A DNA stretch of 64,000 nt from NCBI RefSeq assembly GCF_009914755.1, contig NC_060930.1; one strand, written 5' to 3'. This document shows, piece after piece, positions 14,374 to 29,803 of the stretch (the stretch's first letter is position 1; each line of letters starts with the position of its first letter). This DNA is from the human T2T-CHM13v2.0 reference genome, Homo sapiens. Both the position numbers and the translations under genes were made by a program. The notes beneath the pieces are model-generated. The model had not been told where the DNA came from. It worked only from the letters and a program-made list of their open reading frames with translations, and searched no databases.

Positions 14374-15270
14374 TTATATACATCCTTCTTAGGTACTAGA
14401 TTGTTATTTGGCATCAAATCCTGCTAGAAAGTAGACATTATGAACTGGATGTTGTCTAATCATGTTTTCTGTCCTTGGAGAAACCTATACCATTCAGTTT
14501 TATGTATGAAAATTTCCCAGGATAAAAATTAATTTTAAAAAAATTACTATTGGAACCCCTCTGAAAGAATAGTAGATAATTTGGGGGTCATTTTATATTT
14601 TTGCCTTATCTTTTTAAATGACAAATGATATTAAGGAAGGAAAGTAAATTATTAAAAGTTCCTTCTTGATTTTAATTTTCCTTGCTGTCCTTATCCCCAT
14701 TATGGATATTTGAGTGTTTGATATAACTTTTTCCTTAGAATTATGAGTAAGATCAGAAACGTTCCACCTTCCTTGAATGAGAGGATACTACTCTCTTGAA
14801 AGAAAGACGATTTTATTTTTAACAGTTTAAAAAGTGTTCAACATTTTAGTCACATTTACTTCTCTTTGATCTTGCTTTCTTGTAAATAATGCTGGTGTGT
14901 GGGATCCAAATAAGGGTAATTTAAAAACCAGTTTTACATGCACACATGCAGACAGCCTCTAATTATGCAAATTCATTTAAAAGGATTTTCATTTACAGTA
15001 ATGAAAAAGCTTTTACTGTTTTGGGAAAGCTTTAGCTTTTGGGGAATTTTAGACATTTAATAACCTGTGACTTGAATGTTCTTGGTAACTAAAGCTTAGT
15101 TATTTTCTTATCTGAATTTTTGTTTTGGGAGAAAATTTTAGTTAGAAATATTTTTTCTGACTCTTTGCTTTTTTACATTTTGTATTGGTAGAAACTTTAG
15201 CTTCTTCTTTATTCTTGTTCTGCATACTGCTGATAATGGTTTCTGTTTTTTCTCCTTGGGCTTTCATTAG

Positions 15271-15282
15271 CTTGGCCATTGT
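15271..15282 (+). CDS. CARMIL1: Probable alternative 12-nt microexon encoding LGHC
   Basis: CTTGGCCATTGT flanked by ctttcattAG and GTAAGT. Phase 0/0 fits between ...SNCE and LRSGG.... A 68-nt AG-free pyrimidine-rich stretch lies upstream. Confidence 0.8.
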
Positions 15283-16083
15283 GTAAGTACTTTATGAATC
15301 AATTAGAATATATTGATACATTTGATTATTTTTTAAGCATTGGAAAGAATGTTTTATGTGTATATACTACAAATATCAGTAAGGAGTATGTATAAACAAA
15401 GTTAAACATTTAAATGTTACCTATATTTTCTATTTCTATAAATGGAATATTTTTACTGTACTTTACAATGATAGAACATAGAAATTTTCTAACAGAAATT
15501 TTATTTCTCAACAAGTAAATCACTATCAGCAAATATGAAATTGTGAAGACAACGCATTTACGTTTATCTTCTCAAAAGCATACTTTTTTCTTGCTCTAAA
15601 AATCAAATTGTTTTTTGAGAAGTGTTTGCTTAAATGAGTTCTTGCTTTAGCTTTGACATAGTGTATGTACACATTTACTTCTTCAAGTAGTAAATATCTG
15701 TAGTAAATAAACTATTTTTATGTTTTTTTAAACTTCCAATCTATCATAAACCAATACATTTATAAAATATAATACGAATAAAATACAAGAAATATTTAGA
15801 AAGACATAGATATGCAAGCCCCCAATTTTTATGATTAGATACAACAGACCTAAAATTTTTACTACTAAGGTTTCTAAAAATTTTTACACTCAATTTCTGT
15901 ACTTATTCATCTCAAATTTTGAGTAGCAAGGTGCTGGGGAAGATGTACAGGTGTCATGATGAGATAGGCTCGATGGGGCATTTAGGTAAGCTGGAGAGCT
16001 CCTGAGAAAACAAGCAGGTGTAGTGAAATGGGCCTGGCAGTCAGTCCTGACAATAGCTTCACACACAGGTTAGAAGCCCTTCA

Positions 16084-16413
<330 letters not shown>

Positions 16414-17450
16414 TTACATCAAAACCTAGACACGTGGAAAATAACACCTTGTACTGTAAATTTGTTGTTAAACTTTTTATAAATTTTAATTTTCCTACAT
16501 GAGTAAAGGACTTGCCATGTTCCTTGGTTCATAGTAGGTTTCCAAAAAATGATAGTTTGTTTTTCCTCATTAGATATAGTAAGTTTACAGAGCAAAAGGG
16601 CCACAGCTTAGGAAACTTTGCATCCTTCACAATGCCTTACACAGAGTAGGAACTCAACAAATATTTGCTGAATGAAAAACACAGAGATATTATGACTGCT
16701 ATAAAGTATGCTTTGGTTTCATAGAAAAAGATGAAAAGTACTGTATTGGGTTTTTCAGGTTGTCTTTCTCTTTTAAATAAAATTGCAAATGAGGTGAGAA
16801 TAATCATTTGCACTTAGTTTTGCTCTAAAACAATCATGATAATAATATTTTATATTAATTTAACATTTTTCCATCCATGGCTCGAAGCATTTGTACAAAT
16901 CATTTTGCAGTCATCTTTAGTTAGCTAATATCTGCCTTATGAGTGAGAACTCACACTCATGTCTTAGAACAGGTAGGGATGGGTCCTTCCTAAAATGTTT
17001 GACAATCAAAGTAAGTCTTCATTGTCTCCTTTGGTTGGGTGGAGAGTTTACACCTTGGAATCGGTAACAGTCAAATAAAACAGTAACTTTCTCATGTATA
17101 AAATGAATTTATTAAATTTCCAAAAGTCAGAAATGAAGAAATTCTTCTGGGTTGATAATGCACTGCTTTGCTACTATAGTGGCGTGGGTGGTGGTCATCT
17201 TGTTTCTCTTTTGTTTTTTTCTAATGCTTTTAGGATTTAATGTGGGATCACATGGCATAGGAAACAGCAGCAATGGCTAGTGATAGGCTCTTTACCCACT
17301 GATAATAGCTTCTTTGGAGTTGATAAGCTTTTACTTTTTCTTTGGTACTAAGTTTATTTTAAGACTGACTGTCTCTCCTATTTTTAATTTTTTGATTACA
17401 TCTCCAGTAGAGTGAAGACTTTACTTTGTGTTTGGTTTGTGTTTCTCTAG

Positions 17451-17555
<105 letters not shown>

Positions 17556-18291
17556 TGAAACTGAAATATTTTTTGAAGCAAGTTAATAAGGGGAAAATAA
17601 TCTTCTACCCAAATCCAGACAATACCTTAATAAAAAAATTGTTTTTTATTTTTTGACTAATAGGGCTTTTAAATTTAACAATGGGGTATATTTGTAGAAT
17701 AGATCTGTGCCAGAGTCTTACTAAGTTGATTCTGTGGCCAACTATGCAAAGTCTATGCAGTAAAACAACTCAGTTATAAAAATATCACCAGTACATTGAA
17801 AAAGGTCTGAGACCAACTTTTTGCATTCTTGCTGATAATAAAATTGTACTCGTGTTTATTTATTCAGAAGCTTATTTCATTAGCTTCATTTCTGCTGATT
17901 GTAGTATCATGTTAGTATGAACCTGTGAAATTTGCATAGACAACTTTAACTCCACTTACCTCACAGTGAACAGTTTGTTGGAATCTTCTCTCACAGAGTG
18001 GTGGGGAGAGATGAAACTTTCTGCCATTATTCATTCCCATTTCCTGCTGACTTGGTTTAGCCACTGATTGTATAAGAGATTTAGATAAGTCTTTGTAGAG
18101 AATGAGTTTATCCCTGTGAAATAATAGGACATGAAAAGAGAGCAAAGAGTGCCTTTGAAAATAAAAGATTAGAATCCCAGGCCCCTCAGGAAGGTAAAGG
18201 AAGTCATCCAACTACGTGTCACCTTTGCTTAATTGTGTTCCAGCTGAAAATTAATTTATACACATGTGTTTTGATGTTCTACTTACTCTGA

Positions 18292-18402
<111 letters not shown>

Positions 18403-18502
18403 TAAGAGTTTTGAATTTTTTTATATGACAATGATGAAAATAACCAGCCTCCTGAAAGCTTTTGATTTGATTCCACTGTCCACATCTCTAAAATCTCTTT
18501 AG

Positions 18503-18557
18503 AAATCTGACACCTGTATTGGACAACTTAGTACAGATGATTCAAGATGAAGAATCA
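18503..18557 (+). CDS. CARMIL1: CARMIL1 coding exon: (K)NLTPVLDNLVQMIQDEES
   Basis: Acceptor tctctttAG, donor TCA|GTGAGT. 55 nt, phase 2/0. Follows a 101-nt intron. Confidence 0.95.
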
Positions 18558-21500
18558 GTGAGTATTATGTTAAACATTTTTTACTAAAATCTTCTGTTTG
18601 TTGCCATTCTTACTGATTATTTCTACTGGATTAATGCTGAAATACTTTCAGATAGTTTTATCAACGTGTACATTTTCCATTACTTTTTAAAAATGGAATA
18701 AATACACTTTAGTAGAGTTGTAGAATGTATTTAAAAACTTACTTTTTTACTTTATTCAACTCACTGTCAATTAAAGGAAGATTGTCGCTAATAGATAAAA
18801 AGAAGTATAAATTGACTCCTGAGCCTATCTTTTAATTAGCCTTACTACTCCCTAACTTTAGCTAATAAACTAATCTTCAGGCATGAATTTTTACAATCTA
18901 GTTGACTTTATGACCTTATATAATGCTGAGAAATATCATATTGCTAATTTGAATTTCATCTAATAATTATGTGGAATTATAGGGGACCAAGGAAGTTTTC
19001 TTCCATCTTTAATTGCTTCTTGAAGTCTAGTAGCACTCTGTATTTTTAATCCCCTTTCGTTGCTCCTGACCAAAATTTAGTTCAGGGTAAAGAAGTTTAA
19101 TTTCAAATAGTATCTTATTTTGCTGTCCTTGAAAATGGATTAGGAGAAAGAAAAGTTATTTTATGGACAAAATAAGAAGCAGTCTACCATGAATCCATTT
19201 GATTTAGAGCTGGTGTGTTACACCTTATATTTTACTGATGCTCTCTAAGATTTTGTCCCTTTCCTCTCAAAGTCCTATTTGGTCACCAGACTCAGCTTTT
19301 CCAGTTCCTAAAACTCAGATGAATTTGTATTCCTACTATGAAGAGTCACATTACTCATGTTTTGTAATAGCTACTTTTGTAGGTCATGAGGATGATTTTT
19401 ATATTAATCATGTGGAGTATGTCACATTTGGAAAAAGTATCATTTTCCCTTCTGAATTCATACCAGGGAAGAGCAAATTCTATTACAGCTTTAAGCTGAC
19501 TTTTCTGTGAAAGCTAAGAGGCCAGGAGGGATAGACACTGGACACTTCCTCACTTGCCGTTGCCCCCACTTCTTTGACGGGGCTCTGAGCTGGTGGGCAG
19601 GAGAAAATTCTGTTCTCTTTCCTCTTCATTGTGGTTGTAATTTTCAATCTGTGGGCTAGAAAATGAATCTCATTATTGTTTAATGAATTCAGCACTTCTC
19701 CTTACCCTCATTTGCTAATAAACCCCATATTTTGTTGCTCTTATGCTGGGTTATTGAAATTAGGGGTATAATTAGAATGTAATTTAGACTTCTCAGAGTT
19801 TATGCTGTTGGCTTTACATATTTAATTTGACTTTGCATCACTCTGCCTTGTTTGAGTTTCTGATTTTCCAGTATTGGCCCAGTTTTAACAGGTTAGGGAA
19901 GCTAATATTACATAATTATACTTAAAATTCACCCCAAAATGTTTTTTTCTTAACACATACTTTAGGAAAATTTATATTTTTATGAAAAGTACATAAATTT
20001 TATGTTTTGCTCATTATGTGAGGTTCTTCAAACTGTGTCTATAATTCTGGAAGTCTGTTACTTAAAGATGATAGTTAAAATATACCTAAAACCATATCTG
20101 CAGATGATAAAGTTTGCTATATAAATGTGAATTCTGTCAAGTCACAAGTTTGAATAGAGTGGCACTCATAATGCTGTACGATGAAAAGCTTTTTATGTTC
20201 CTGCCATTGAAAAGTAGATGGCTTTTTCAGAAAGCAATTCTTCTGTTTTTTTTCTACTTTTAAATTGGTAATATGCAAAATAATTTGAAATGATTAGGAG
20301 ATGAGTCTTGTGATGATAAAAATTTTTACCAATACCTGGTACAATTGGGATCATTTTTTGTTTTATTTATTTACAAGTTTTACATGTTAAAAAATAATCT
20401 CTTTACTTTTTACATTCTGACCTGGTGTTTGTAGAGCTTGTTCTTTGACCAGCCTATGGAATACCTTATTCACCCAGTATTATACATTATGTTCAGTTGA
20501 AAAACCTACATGCTGGTGTGTTCCAGTGTCACCTTCAGCTATAGACAGTGGTTTTCAGTCTGCTGCACCCAGAGTCATGGGACAGTAACATAGAGGGCCA
20601 AGATGACAGGGAGTTTTGTTCTGAAGTATTACATATGAACCCATATTGTAACCAGTAGAACAGAATGTGTTTCTCCTGGGGGTGCCTGAAGCCAGGAGAC
20701 AGATTCTCAGATTAAGCACGTTCAGCTATGAAAAAGAAATAGTAAGATTTCAAATAGTAATGTTACACAGAAGTACAATAAATCAAGAAGGGATGACCTT
20801 ATAAATATGCATGCAATTCAGGCTGGTCTGTTTGCATTAATGACTCTACCTATTATTTTTAAGTATTAACTGGGGTGTATTAGAATTTGAATATAGTCCT
20901 GGAATTGATGCTTGATAGCTCGGAGAGTTGGCAGTTTTCCAGTATTAGGAAGAAGCTATAATATATCATTTTCGTAGTAATTGAATCAAGATTATTGAAA
21001 TAATGAAAGATGTAATTACATCTTTTTATTAAAGCATACTGTGTTTGTTTTTCTTTAAAACAGTAAGTTTCCTGAGCCTGAAGTGTTTTTAGTTGTCATT
21101 TCCACTTACCTGTATGTAGGATGTTAAGAAAATTGAAGAAACCAAGCTAAACCCACTTGAGTCTAAATGTATTCAGACTTTTTGGCCCAGGTTTTAATTG
21201 CCTTAGCACTTACCAGGCCATTTAACTTTTATTAATTTGATTCTGATTAATACAACATTACCTTTTGATTTTACCATAAATGTATTAACTTTGAAAGCCA
21301 TGGTATGTTTGGATGATAAGGACAATAATATGCTTGTTGTCTCTTGGTACCAACCAAATGCATAATGATGCTTTGTTGATATCTGAGTCTTGAAACCATC
21401 AACACCCTCATTCTGTCTCCTGTAGCCCTTTGGTAGATGAACCTCTCACAGATGTTGCTTTGGAAGTCAATGTTAAGTGTTTGAGTAGACACAGACAAAC

Positions 21501-21787
21501 CCCAGGCTGTGTGTGGGGGCTGTCGTGTAGACCACCCAGGTACACCTTGAGAGCTCCAATCCCCCAAGCATTGTGGAACTTGGTCATAGATTACCCCAGA
21601 AGCTGCTTCTATCACTACTTCCTGTAGTGTTGGGACTGCTTCTGCAATAACCATATAATTTGTTTAGTGTGGCTAGGACAATATAGAGGACCCCAAGCAA
21701 CCCAGGAGACATCCACATCTCCCAGGGAAGTCTGAATTCTGACATTTAGAGCTACATTGGTTCAACCTGGTTAACCTGGAATTCTTA

Positions 21788-22372
<585 letters not shown>

Positions 22373-22443
22373 GCCACACAAGTTTGACTTAAAAAAAGAA
22401 TTGTAGATGTATCTTCTGATTGAAACTTAACAGATAAAGTTAA

Positions 22444-22745
22444 GGCTGAGTGTGGTGGCTCATGCCTGTAATTCCAGCACTTTAGGATACCAAGGTGAGA
22501 GGATCACTTGAGCCTGGGAGTTCAAGACCAGCCTTGGCAACATAGTGAGACCCTGTCTCTACAAAAAATATTTTAAAATGAGCCGAATGTGGTGGTACGC
22601 ACCTGTAGTTCCAGCTACTCAGGAGGCTGAGGTGGGAGGATGGCTTGAGCCCAAGAGGTCAAGGCTGCAGTGAGTGGTGATTGTACCACTGCACTCCAGC
22701 CTGTGCATTCTGCACAGAGCGAGACCCTGTCTCAAAAAAAAAAAA
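22444..22745 (+). mobile_element. AluJ
   Basis: Diverged dimer with J-type GAGCCCAAGAGGTCAAGGCTGCAGTG. TSD AGATAAA(G/A)TTAA. Confidence 0.9.
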
Positions 22746-23385
22746 GATAAAATTAAAGGGTGATGATCAAAAAGATCTGAGATAAGCTAATAGGGAGATG
22801 TGGTATAAGGTTAGGAGCATGAAATCTGGAACCAGTACATCTGGGTTTGAATCCTAGTTCAGGTGCTTTCTAACAATGTAACCTTGGTTGAGTCACCTAA
22901 CTTTTCTGTTTGTTGGTTTGGGAAATGGGGATAACAGTAGCATCTAAGCAATGGGTTAGTGGGAAGATTAAGTGAATTAATATACATAAAAAGCTTAAAT
23001 GGTGGTTAAACATAGTAATTGTTAAATAATTGTCAGCTATTATTAATCCTGGCTGGCTTTTATCTTGTATTTGTCCTCTATTAGTATTTTAAGGTGTCAT
23101 TTCACCTTGTATAAAAATAAAATGGGTATAAAGGGTGATCATATTAAGCAGAGAAATTTTTATGTTATGTTTTTATTTATTTCATCCTATCCTCTGCTTC
23201 ACGCTGGCATTTGTCAGCCTGCATGTCTTTCCCTGGCTTCCCTTAAAAGAGAAGTGGTAGGTATTCAGCATTAAAACACAAGTTCTCCATCTTTGACTCC
23301 AGCGGTCCATTTTGTGCCAGAACCTTAAGTTTCTATCCACGAGTGTCTTTTAGGTAGTAGTTCTAAAATCAGACACGTGCAGTAG

Positions 23386-23652
<267 letters not shown>

Positions 23653-25143
23653 TAGGCAGATCCCACCCTCCCTGCTCATGAGGAAGGCTTGGAGCAGATT
23701 CTGAACAGCAAGCATTGCAGAGCTGCTGGGCCCAAGGGGACCTGGGCTTCCCATGAGGCCATCTTGAGGAGAAGAGGTGACAATGTCAAGATTTCTGTCA
23801 GAATAATGAGGAGGCTGTTCCCAAATTTAGAAGTAGTGATTCCTTCGGTCTGTTGTCTTATAGTTCTGTTGTAAGGTAGAACCTGACTGAGAACTGCCAC
23901 AATTTCCTATTTCGCATCAGTGTTGATAGCTGACCAATGTGGGGGTAAAGGCAGTGAGAAGCTAGGAGGGTTTTGTAGGCAACACTAAGTGAGCAGAGCC
24001 CATACTTCTCTGTGAGCCCAAGGTCTTAACCCCCTTGCTCATGCCTGCCGATATAAAGACTTAAAAACAAGGGGTACAAAAGGTCTGCTGGTTCAAAACC
24101 AGGCTCACACTGGGTGCTAGCTGTTCTCTTTAGCAGTTTTATTCCATGTTTCCTAAGTGTGGCTTTTCTCAAGGACTAGCTCCACTGTCACCTTGTTGCC
24201 ATCCATCATTCAGAGAGATTGGTGTTGCTACCTAGGTCAGCAGTCTGGTGAATGAAGAGTTAATTCACATTGCTCCTCAAGGGCTCTTTCATGATGTTTT
24301 TCTATTCTCCGGCGTAAAAGTCTAAGCTGAAGCCAAAACCCAAAATCTGCAGCAATTTCTTTGAAGGTCAGTATGTGTGTAAAGAAGGTCATCGAGATTA
24401 GGAAGGGAAGGCAGTGAAAGTTGTGAGGCCGGGATCATCCAGACAAATAAAAGCTATTTTATGTGTCAGGGTGAACTGACAAATCCTAAATACCCCTGAA
24501 GTATACACATTCTGAAGGTAAAGTAATATTTTTCTCCCCAAATAGATTTTGTGTTTAAAAAGCAAACAAACTCCTGTTTATAGTAACTGATGTTTTGCCA
24601 GCAGAGTGAGGAAGTTCCTAGGATTACTAATTAAGCCATGTCAGGGAAATAATGAAAACACAAGGAACTATGACAGATTCTCTCTAGTGTTTTAGAAACA
24701 CTAGTGTTTTACTGTTTGCGGGGAAGAATCTCAGTAGCTGAAATTCTTTATATTGGGCATGGAACTGGTTAGCATCTTTTGTAAATAGCTTCCACCTCAG
24801 ACATAAATATAAGAATATGATTGGGAGAATATCAGAGAAATATCAGAATTTAGAGTTTTCTGTCTAGTGAAAGTTAGATAACATAATAGTAAGTGAACAT
24901 ATGTGCTATTGCTTTAAGTACAGTTTTTCCATACTACTTGCATGGTAAATGTGTTACGAATATAATATTGGGGGAAATGCTTATCCTTGTTTTGTTAGAA
25001 ATGAAGATGAACATTATTCCTTGCTCACATAATGCAGCTGTACTGAAATATCTACACACTGCTGTCTATAAGAGGTTTATATTCAATGTGAGAATCATTT
25101 TCTTTAAGTGTCTGATCATTTATGTGATTTGATTTTCAAACAG

Positions 25144-25212
25144 GACTGTAATATGGGACAAGAACAACATCACTGCACAAGGCTTTCAGGATATAGCTGT
25201 TGCTATGGAAAA
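25144..25212 (+). CDS. CARMIL1: CARMIL1 coding exon: (R)TVIWDKNNITAQGFQDIAVAME(K)
   Basis: Acceptor ttttcaaacAG, donor AAA|GTAAGT. 69 nt, phase 2/2. Confidence 0.96.
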
Positions 25213-28011
25213 GTAAGTTTGAATTAGGATTTCTTTCTAGGAAAATAAAAAAACAAAAACCAATGGTATATATGTTACCTGTTGGGTAATAGAATCAACT
25301 GTTTATTGGGGATCAGAAGATCTGGGTCTGAATTTAGTCTACAGCTAACCAGCTATGGGATCTTGGAAGACATTGAATTTCTCCTGGTGGGAGTTTCCTT
25401 ATGTATGAAATGAGGGCACAGATGCCTGTTCTGCCAAAAACACCACACTGTCGTGAGAATTAAATGAGATCGCGGGAAAGGGGCTGTGTGACACTTGCCT
25501 TGTTTCCTTTCCCCTTTGTGGAAATTGTGTAGATTTCACAATCTACACTAGGTCTTGTTCTTTTTCCTATTGTGACACCTTTGAATTCACTGGTGAGAAG
25601 AAAGCTGAGGTCCAGAAAATAAAGGTGAAATTGATAAATGGTAAGCCCAGGGCTAAGTTGTCTCATTACTATGAAAGACTTTCTTCATTACTTCAGTAAC
25701 TAAAGCCTGCAATTATTATTTATTGTTGAATTTACTTTCCCAGTAAACTAAATGAGAAAATAATACTAGACATAGTTGAAAGTAATACTAGGAATGTGGT
25801 TCTTTCTGGGCTTTTCGATCCTCATATTGTATTATAAAGGCAGAAGTGAACAAAGCAGATTTATAGCATTAAAAATGAGAGGCTATAAAATATGGGTGAA
25901 AAATAAGGGGCGGATGGCATAGAAGCCGTTTCCCTGGGAAAGGGGAGGAAATGCTCATTATTTTGTGTTTTTCCAGATTCCTTGTATATGTGAGGCCTCC
26001 CAGGAGGGCCTCTCATGCCTGACATGGTGTTGTGGTACAACCCTAGACTGGGAATGAGGAGTCCTTCATTCAGTCTTCAGTTCTGTCACCCACAAGCCTG
26101 TGATCTTGATCAAGGCATTTTACCTCTCTGATTAATTCTTTTTTCATGAAATGAGAGGATTAGGATAAATGATCTCTAAGCCCCTTCCATTTCTAAATCC
26201 TGTGGCTCTACTTCAGCCAGGAGTTCAAAGTTACTACCATTACAAAATCACAGAGACTCATCTCTCAGCCCCTTCTCTGTGCTGACCCCAGGGCATCACT
26301 AAATAGGGGTAAGGCAGCTTAGACTATCAGTTTTGCATTGCCACTGCATGATTACAGACCCACCTATGGTTACTCCTATTGCACCACAAAACCCCAAATG
26401 GAGACATTTATTTACACTGAGCTGCATCTGGATGCTAACAGCACAGTTGCCACCCTGATGTTGTTGTAGACTGCCAGTGCAGGCTGGTGTTTGGAAGAAG
26501 CCAGGAGCATGCACAACCAATACTCAGCATTTCCAGATTGACTGTTGGACTCCCTTGATCACAGTCGATTATATATGCTCTGCTCCAAGATGCCAATGCT
26601 TCAAAATCACATTTGGTTTAAATAAACTATGCTGGTCTGTAACATGATAGAAATTGGATGAGGGAAAGAAAAATTGTCAAGGCCGTAAAAAAGACATATC
26701 GTCTCTTAGTTTCATTTGGCTGGATTTTCTGAAGGCAAACAAAAACAATTTTGCTAAAACAAAGCTAAGATAAAAATTAAAGCAATAGAAATTACAGCTT
26801 TCTCTTTGTCTGATTATTTTACATGAAGCTACTCTATAAGTTGGACTGGGTGAATATTTTTTTCCATTAGCCCATCTAGACTGCTACTATTAACTTGATG
26901 GTTTTCTTTATTATTTATTCTTTATTAGTACCTTATTTTGGGAGTTAGTTGCTGATTTATTCTTTTAATAGATGTCGTCTAAATATGCCTGAGAAGCACA
27001 CGTGAGTGCTGCTGATAGTTTAGAGTCCTAAAACAAGGCAGCTACTGTGCAATTTTAATGTCCCAGTTGCCACCAAGTAGCCCAAGGTGAAATTGAGCTC
27101 TTCCTGAACACCGTGTTGTAGAAATGGACAGATGCATTTTGGGGTGGAGGACAGAAGTCATCTCTAATACTGGCATTTGTGGTAGGTGAGCAGGTGTTAA
27201 TGGTCATCTGAGCACATAGCAGTTTGCAGCAGGGTCAGGATCAAAGGCCAGGGACCAGCTTCAGAGTTCTGTGTGTTTTCCTCACACAAAAATGGCTCAC
27301 TCCTGCATGTTTGTGTTTAATAGGCCTGCCAGTAGCAATGGGATAATATACAGCAATCAACAGTTGCTTCATTTGGTTTCTCGAGCCTGGTGGACATTAG
27401 CTCTTGAACTCAAGCTGAAAGGACCTGCAGAGGTCAGAGTGTTTAGCCAGGCAGCAGACCCTTTCCCAGCAGCTTTAAAAGAGATAATCCCATGTATACT
27501 GGACATCTTCATTTAATGGAGCCCAGAAACTTAATAGACTATTTTGTGGATGCTAATGGCTTGCTTTGCAAGCAAATGTTTTGTTTTTATTTCTGTTTTT
27601 TTCCTTCACCAGTTTGGGGCTGGTTGTCACACATAATCACTGTGGGGACCCAGGTAGAGTCAGATCTATTGGTTACTAAAACCCATGTAGCAAATTGATG
27701 CTGGACTTTCCCTAGGCTTTCCCTCAGTTCATCTTTTCAATCCCAGTGTGAAAATTCTGTCCTTGATGGAATCCAAAACTAAAAACAAAACAACAAAACT
27801 GCATTCCTCAAAGTTGTGTCAGTTTTGTAGGTAGTGTGAGTTGATGTGGTTGCCTGTGGTATTTGCACATGTGGTTATTACAAAGGATAATCTGCAATCT
27901 AGGGGCCTAAATGGTCTGGTGGTTTGGAATTTTCTAAGCTACTCTTGCAGCTATCCTTTTGGATTTTTAAAAGAAGAGTGCTGAATTAAGGTAATAGGAA
28001 GTTATTTTTAA

Positions 28012-28149
<138 letters not shown>

Positions 28150-28860
28150 TAGCTTAATTACAAGAAATTCACATTTGAATTGTGGTTATGTTCCTGAACT
28201 TATAAACAATACTTTGTTATTTTACGAAGTTTTTTTAAATTTTATTTTATTTTTTCACATTGTCTTATGTTCTTATGACCACAACTGGGGTAATGCATGA
28301 CTGGGGGAGGAGTAAACTAAGGAACACTAAAGCTTGCCATGCAATTTAAGTGGAATAAAAAAACATTCTTACAGCATCAACATGCCAGAGCTTAAGTATA
28401 GTTAACTTCTTGATTGGCTGGGGGAGAAATGTGTGGAACTGAGTATCAGTTTGCACAGCTTCCCTCCTCTTCATCCTCAACAGATGGATCCCTCTCTTCT
28501 TTTTTCATCAAGAAATTTAGAGTATTCCTGAGCTCTCACTTTACCATCCTCATCTATAAATGTATGTAAATCTACACCTATTCCTGCCTCTGTACTGGCA
28601 AACTCAGAGGTACCTTCCACTTCAAAGCCCAGCCATTCCCTGGTGCATTTGACCCCCTTATTCTGCCCTGTGCTGGAAACCTCTGAATCATTCCCTTGCT
28701 CTTCCATATCTTCATCCTTCTCTTTTTATGGCCACCTTTCTCTGCATTTTAGATGTGCTCAAATATTTCCCATCTGAAGATGCCTACTCCACTCACACTG
28801 TGGTATTATTTGAGGAATCTTTGAACTTTTCCAACCTCCTTTGTTCTTTCTCCTTGGCGA

Positions 28861-29803
28861 TGTCATCCAAAAGACCACCAAGATGGCTAAATTTTAGAAA
28901 GGAAAGCTTCGTTAATGTTACTGGTTTGCAAACTGGGAAGAGACAGTCTCTGGTGTGTGCTGAATGTGCTCCTCTCTTCAAAGAAGGGAAGGGCAGGTTG
29001 GGTTTTATGCTTCACAAGGCCTGCATCGTACAGCCGAGTTGTACATATTCAGCAGGCTTGGGGGGAAGCTATACATGTTTATGAGGGGAGCAGAGTGCAT
29101 GTGCAGTGGGTAAACATGTAACATACATCTCATATTCACTTTGGGGTGAGGTTTTAGCATTAAAATGAGGGTGATTTTGGTTCTTTATGTTAGAACTATA
29201 GTACACAAAGACAGTTTGTGAGCAGCCTCTGTACCCTGGCTGAAACTGGTTTAAGGTCTGCAGTTACTTATCAATAAAGAATGTGGATGGGCGCGATGGC
29301 TCACGCCTGTAATCCCAACACTTTGGGAGGCTGAGGCAGGCGGATCATGAGGTCAGGAGATCGAGACCATCCTGGCTAACACGGTGAAACCCCGTCTCTA
29401 CTGAAAATACAAAAAATTAGCCTGACTAGGTGGCGGGCGCCTGTAGTCCCAGCTACTCGGAAGGCTGAGGCAGGAGAATGGCGTGAACCCGGGAGACGGA
29501 GCTTGCAGTGAGCTGAGATCCATGCCACTGCACTCCAGCCTGGCCGACAGAGCGAGATTCCATCTCAAAAAAAAAAAAAAAAAAAGAATGTAAGGCTGGC
29601 CCTCTGTCCAGTCAGAGTCGTAGTGGTCTGGGTTGTAAATCACAGTAAAAGGGATCTGATAGCTCCTGTTGTTAGGGAGTTTAGAGCTGTAGGGATTTAG
29701 AAATTTGCCTTGCCAGCTGGCCCTGAACCCTTACCCCATAGGTAACTTTGTTTCCTTAACCTTAGGGTCCATCTTAGTTGATGAAGGAGTTGCTCAGATC
29801 ACA
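28861..29803 (-). mobile_element. ERV1/MER4-group solo LTR (MER72-like, subfamily tentative), interrupted by an AluY
   Basis: The minus strand starts TGTGATCTGAG...AAGATGGACCCTAAGGTTAAGGAAACAAAGTTACC and ends ...GGATGACA, giving TG...CA termini. Confidence 0.65.
29285..29585 (+). mobile_element. AluY nested in the LTR
   Basis: Y diagnostics GAGATCGAGACCATCCTGGCTAACACGG and GAATGGCGTGAACCCGG. TSD AAAGAATGT. Confidence 0.95.

Noticed and set aside
21271-21654. 127-aa antisense ORF over a moderately GC-rich patch
   Set aside because: No recognisable homology, no retrocopy hallmarks (poly-A or TSD), and a length compatible with chance.
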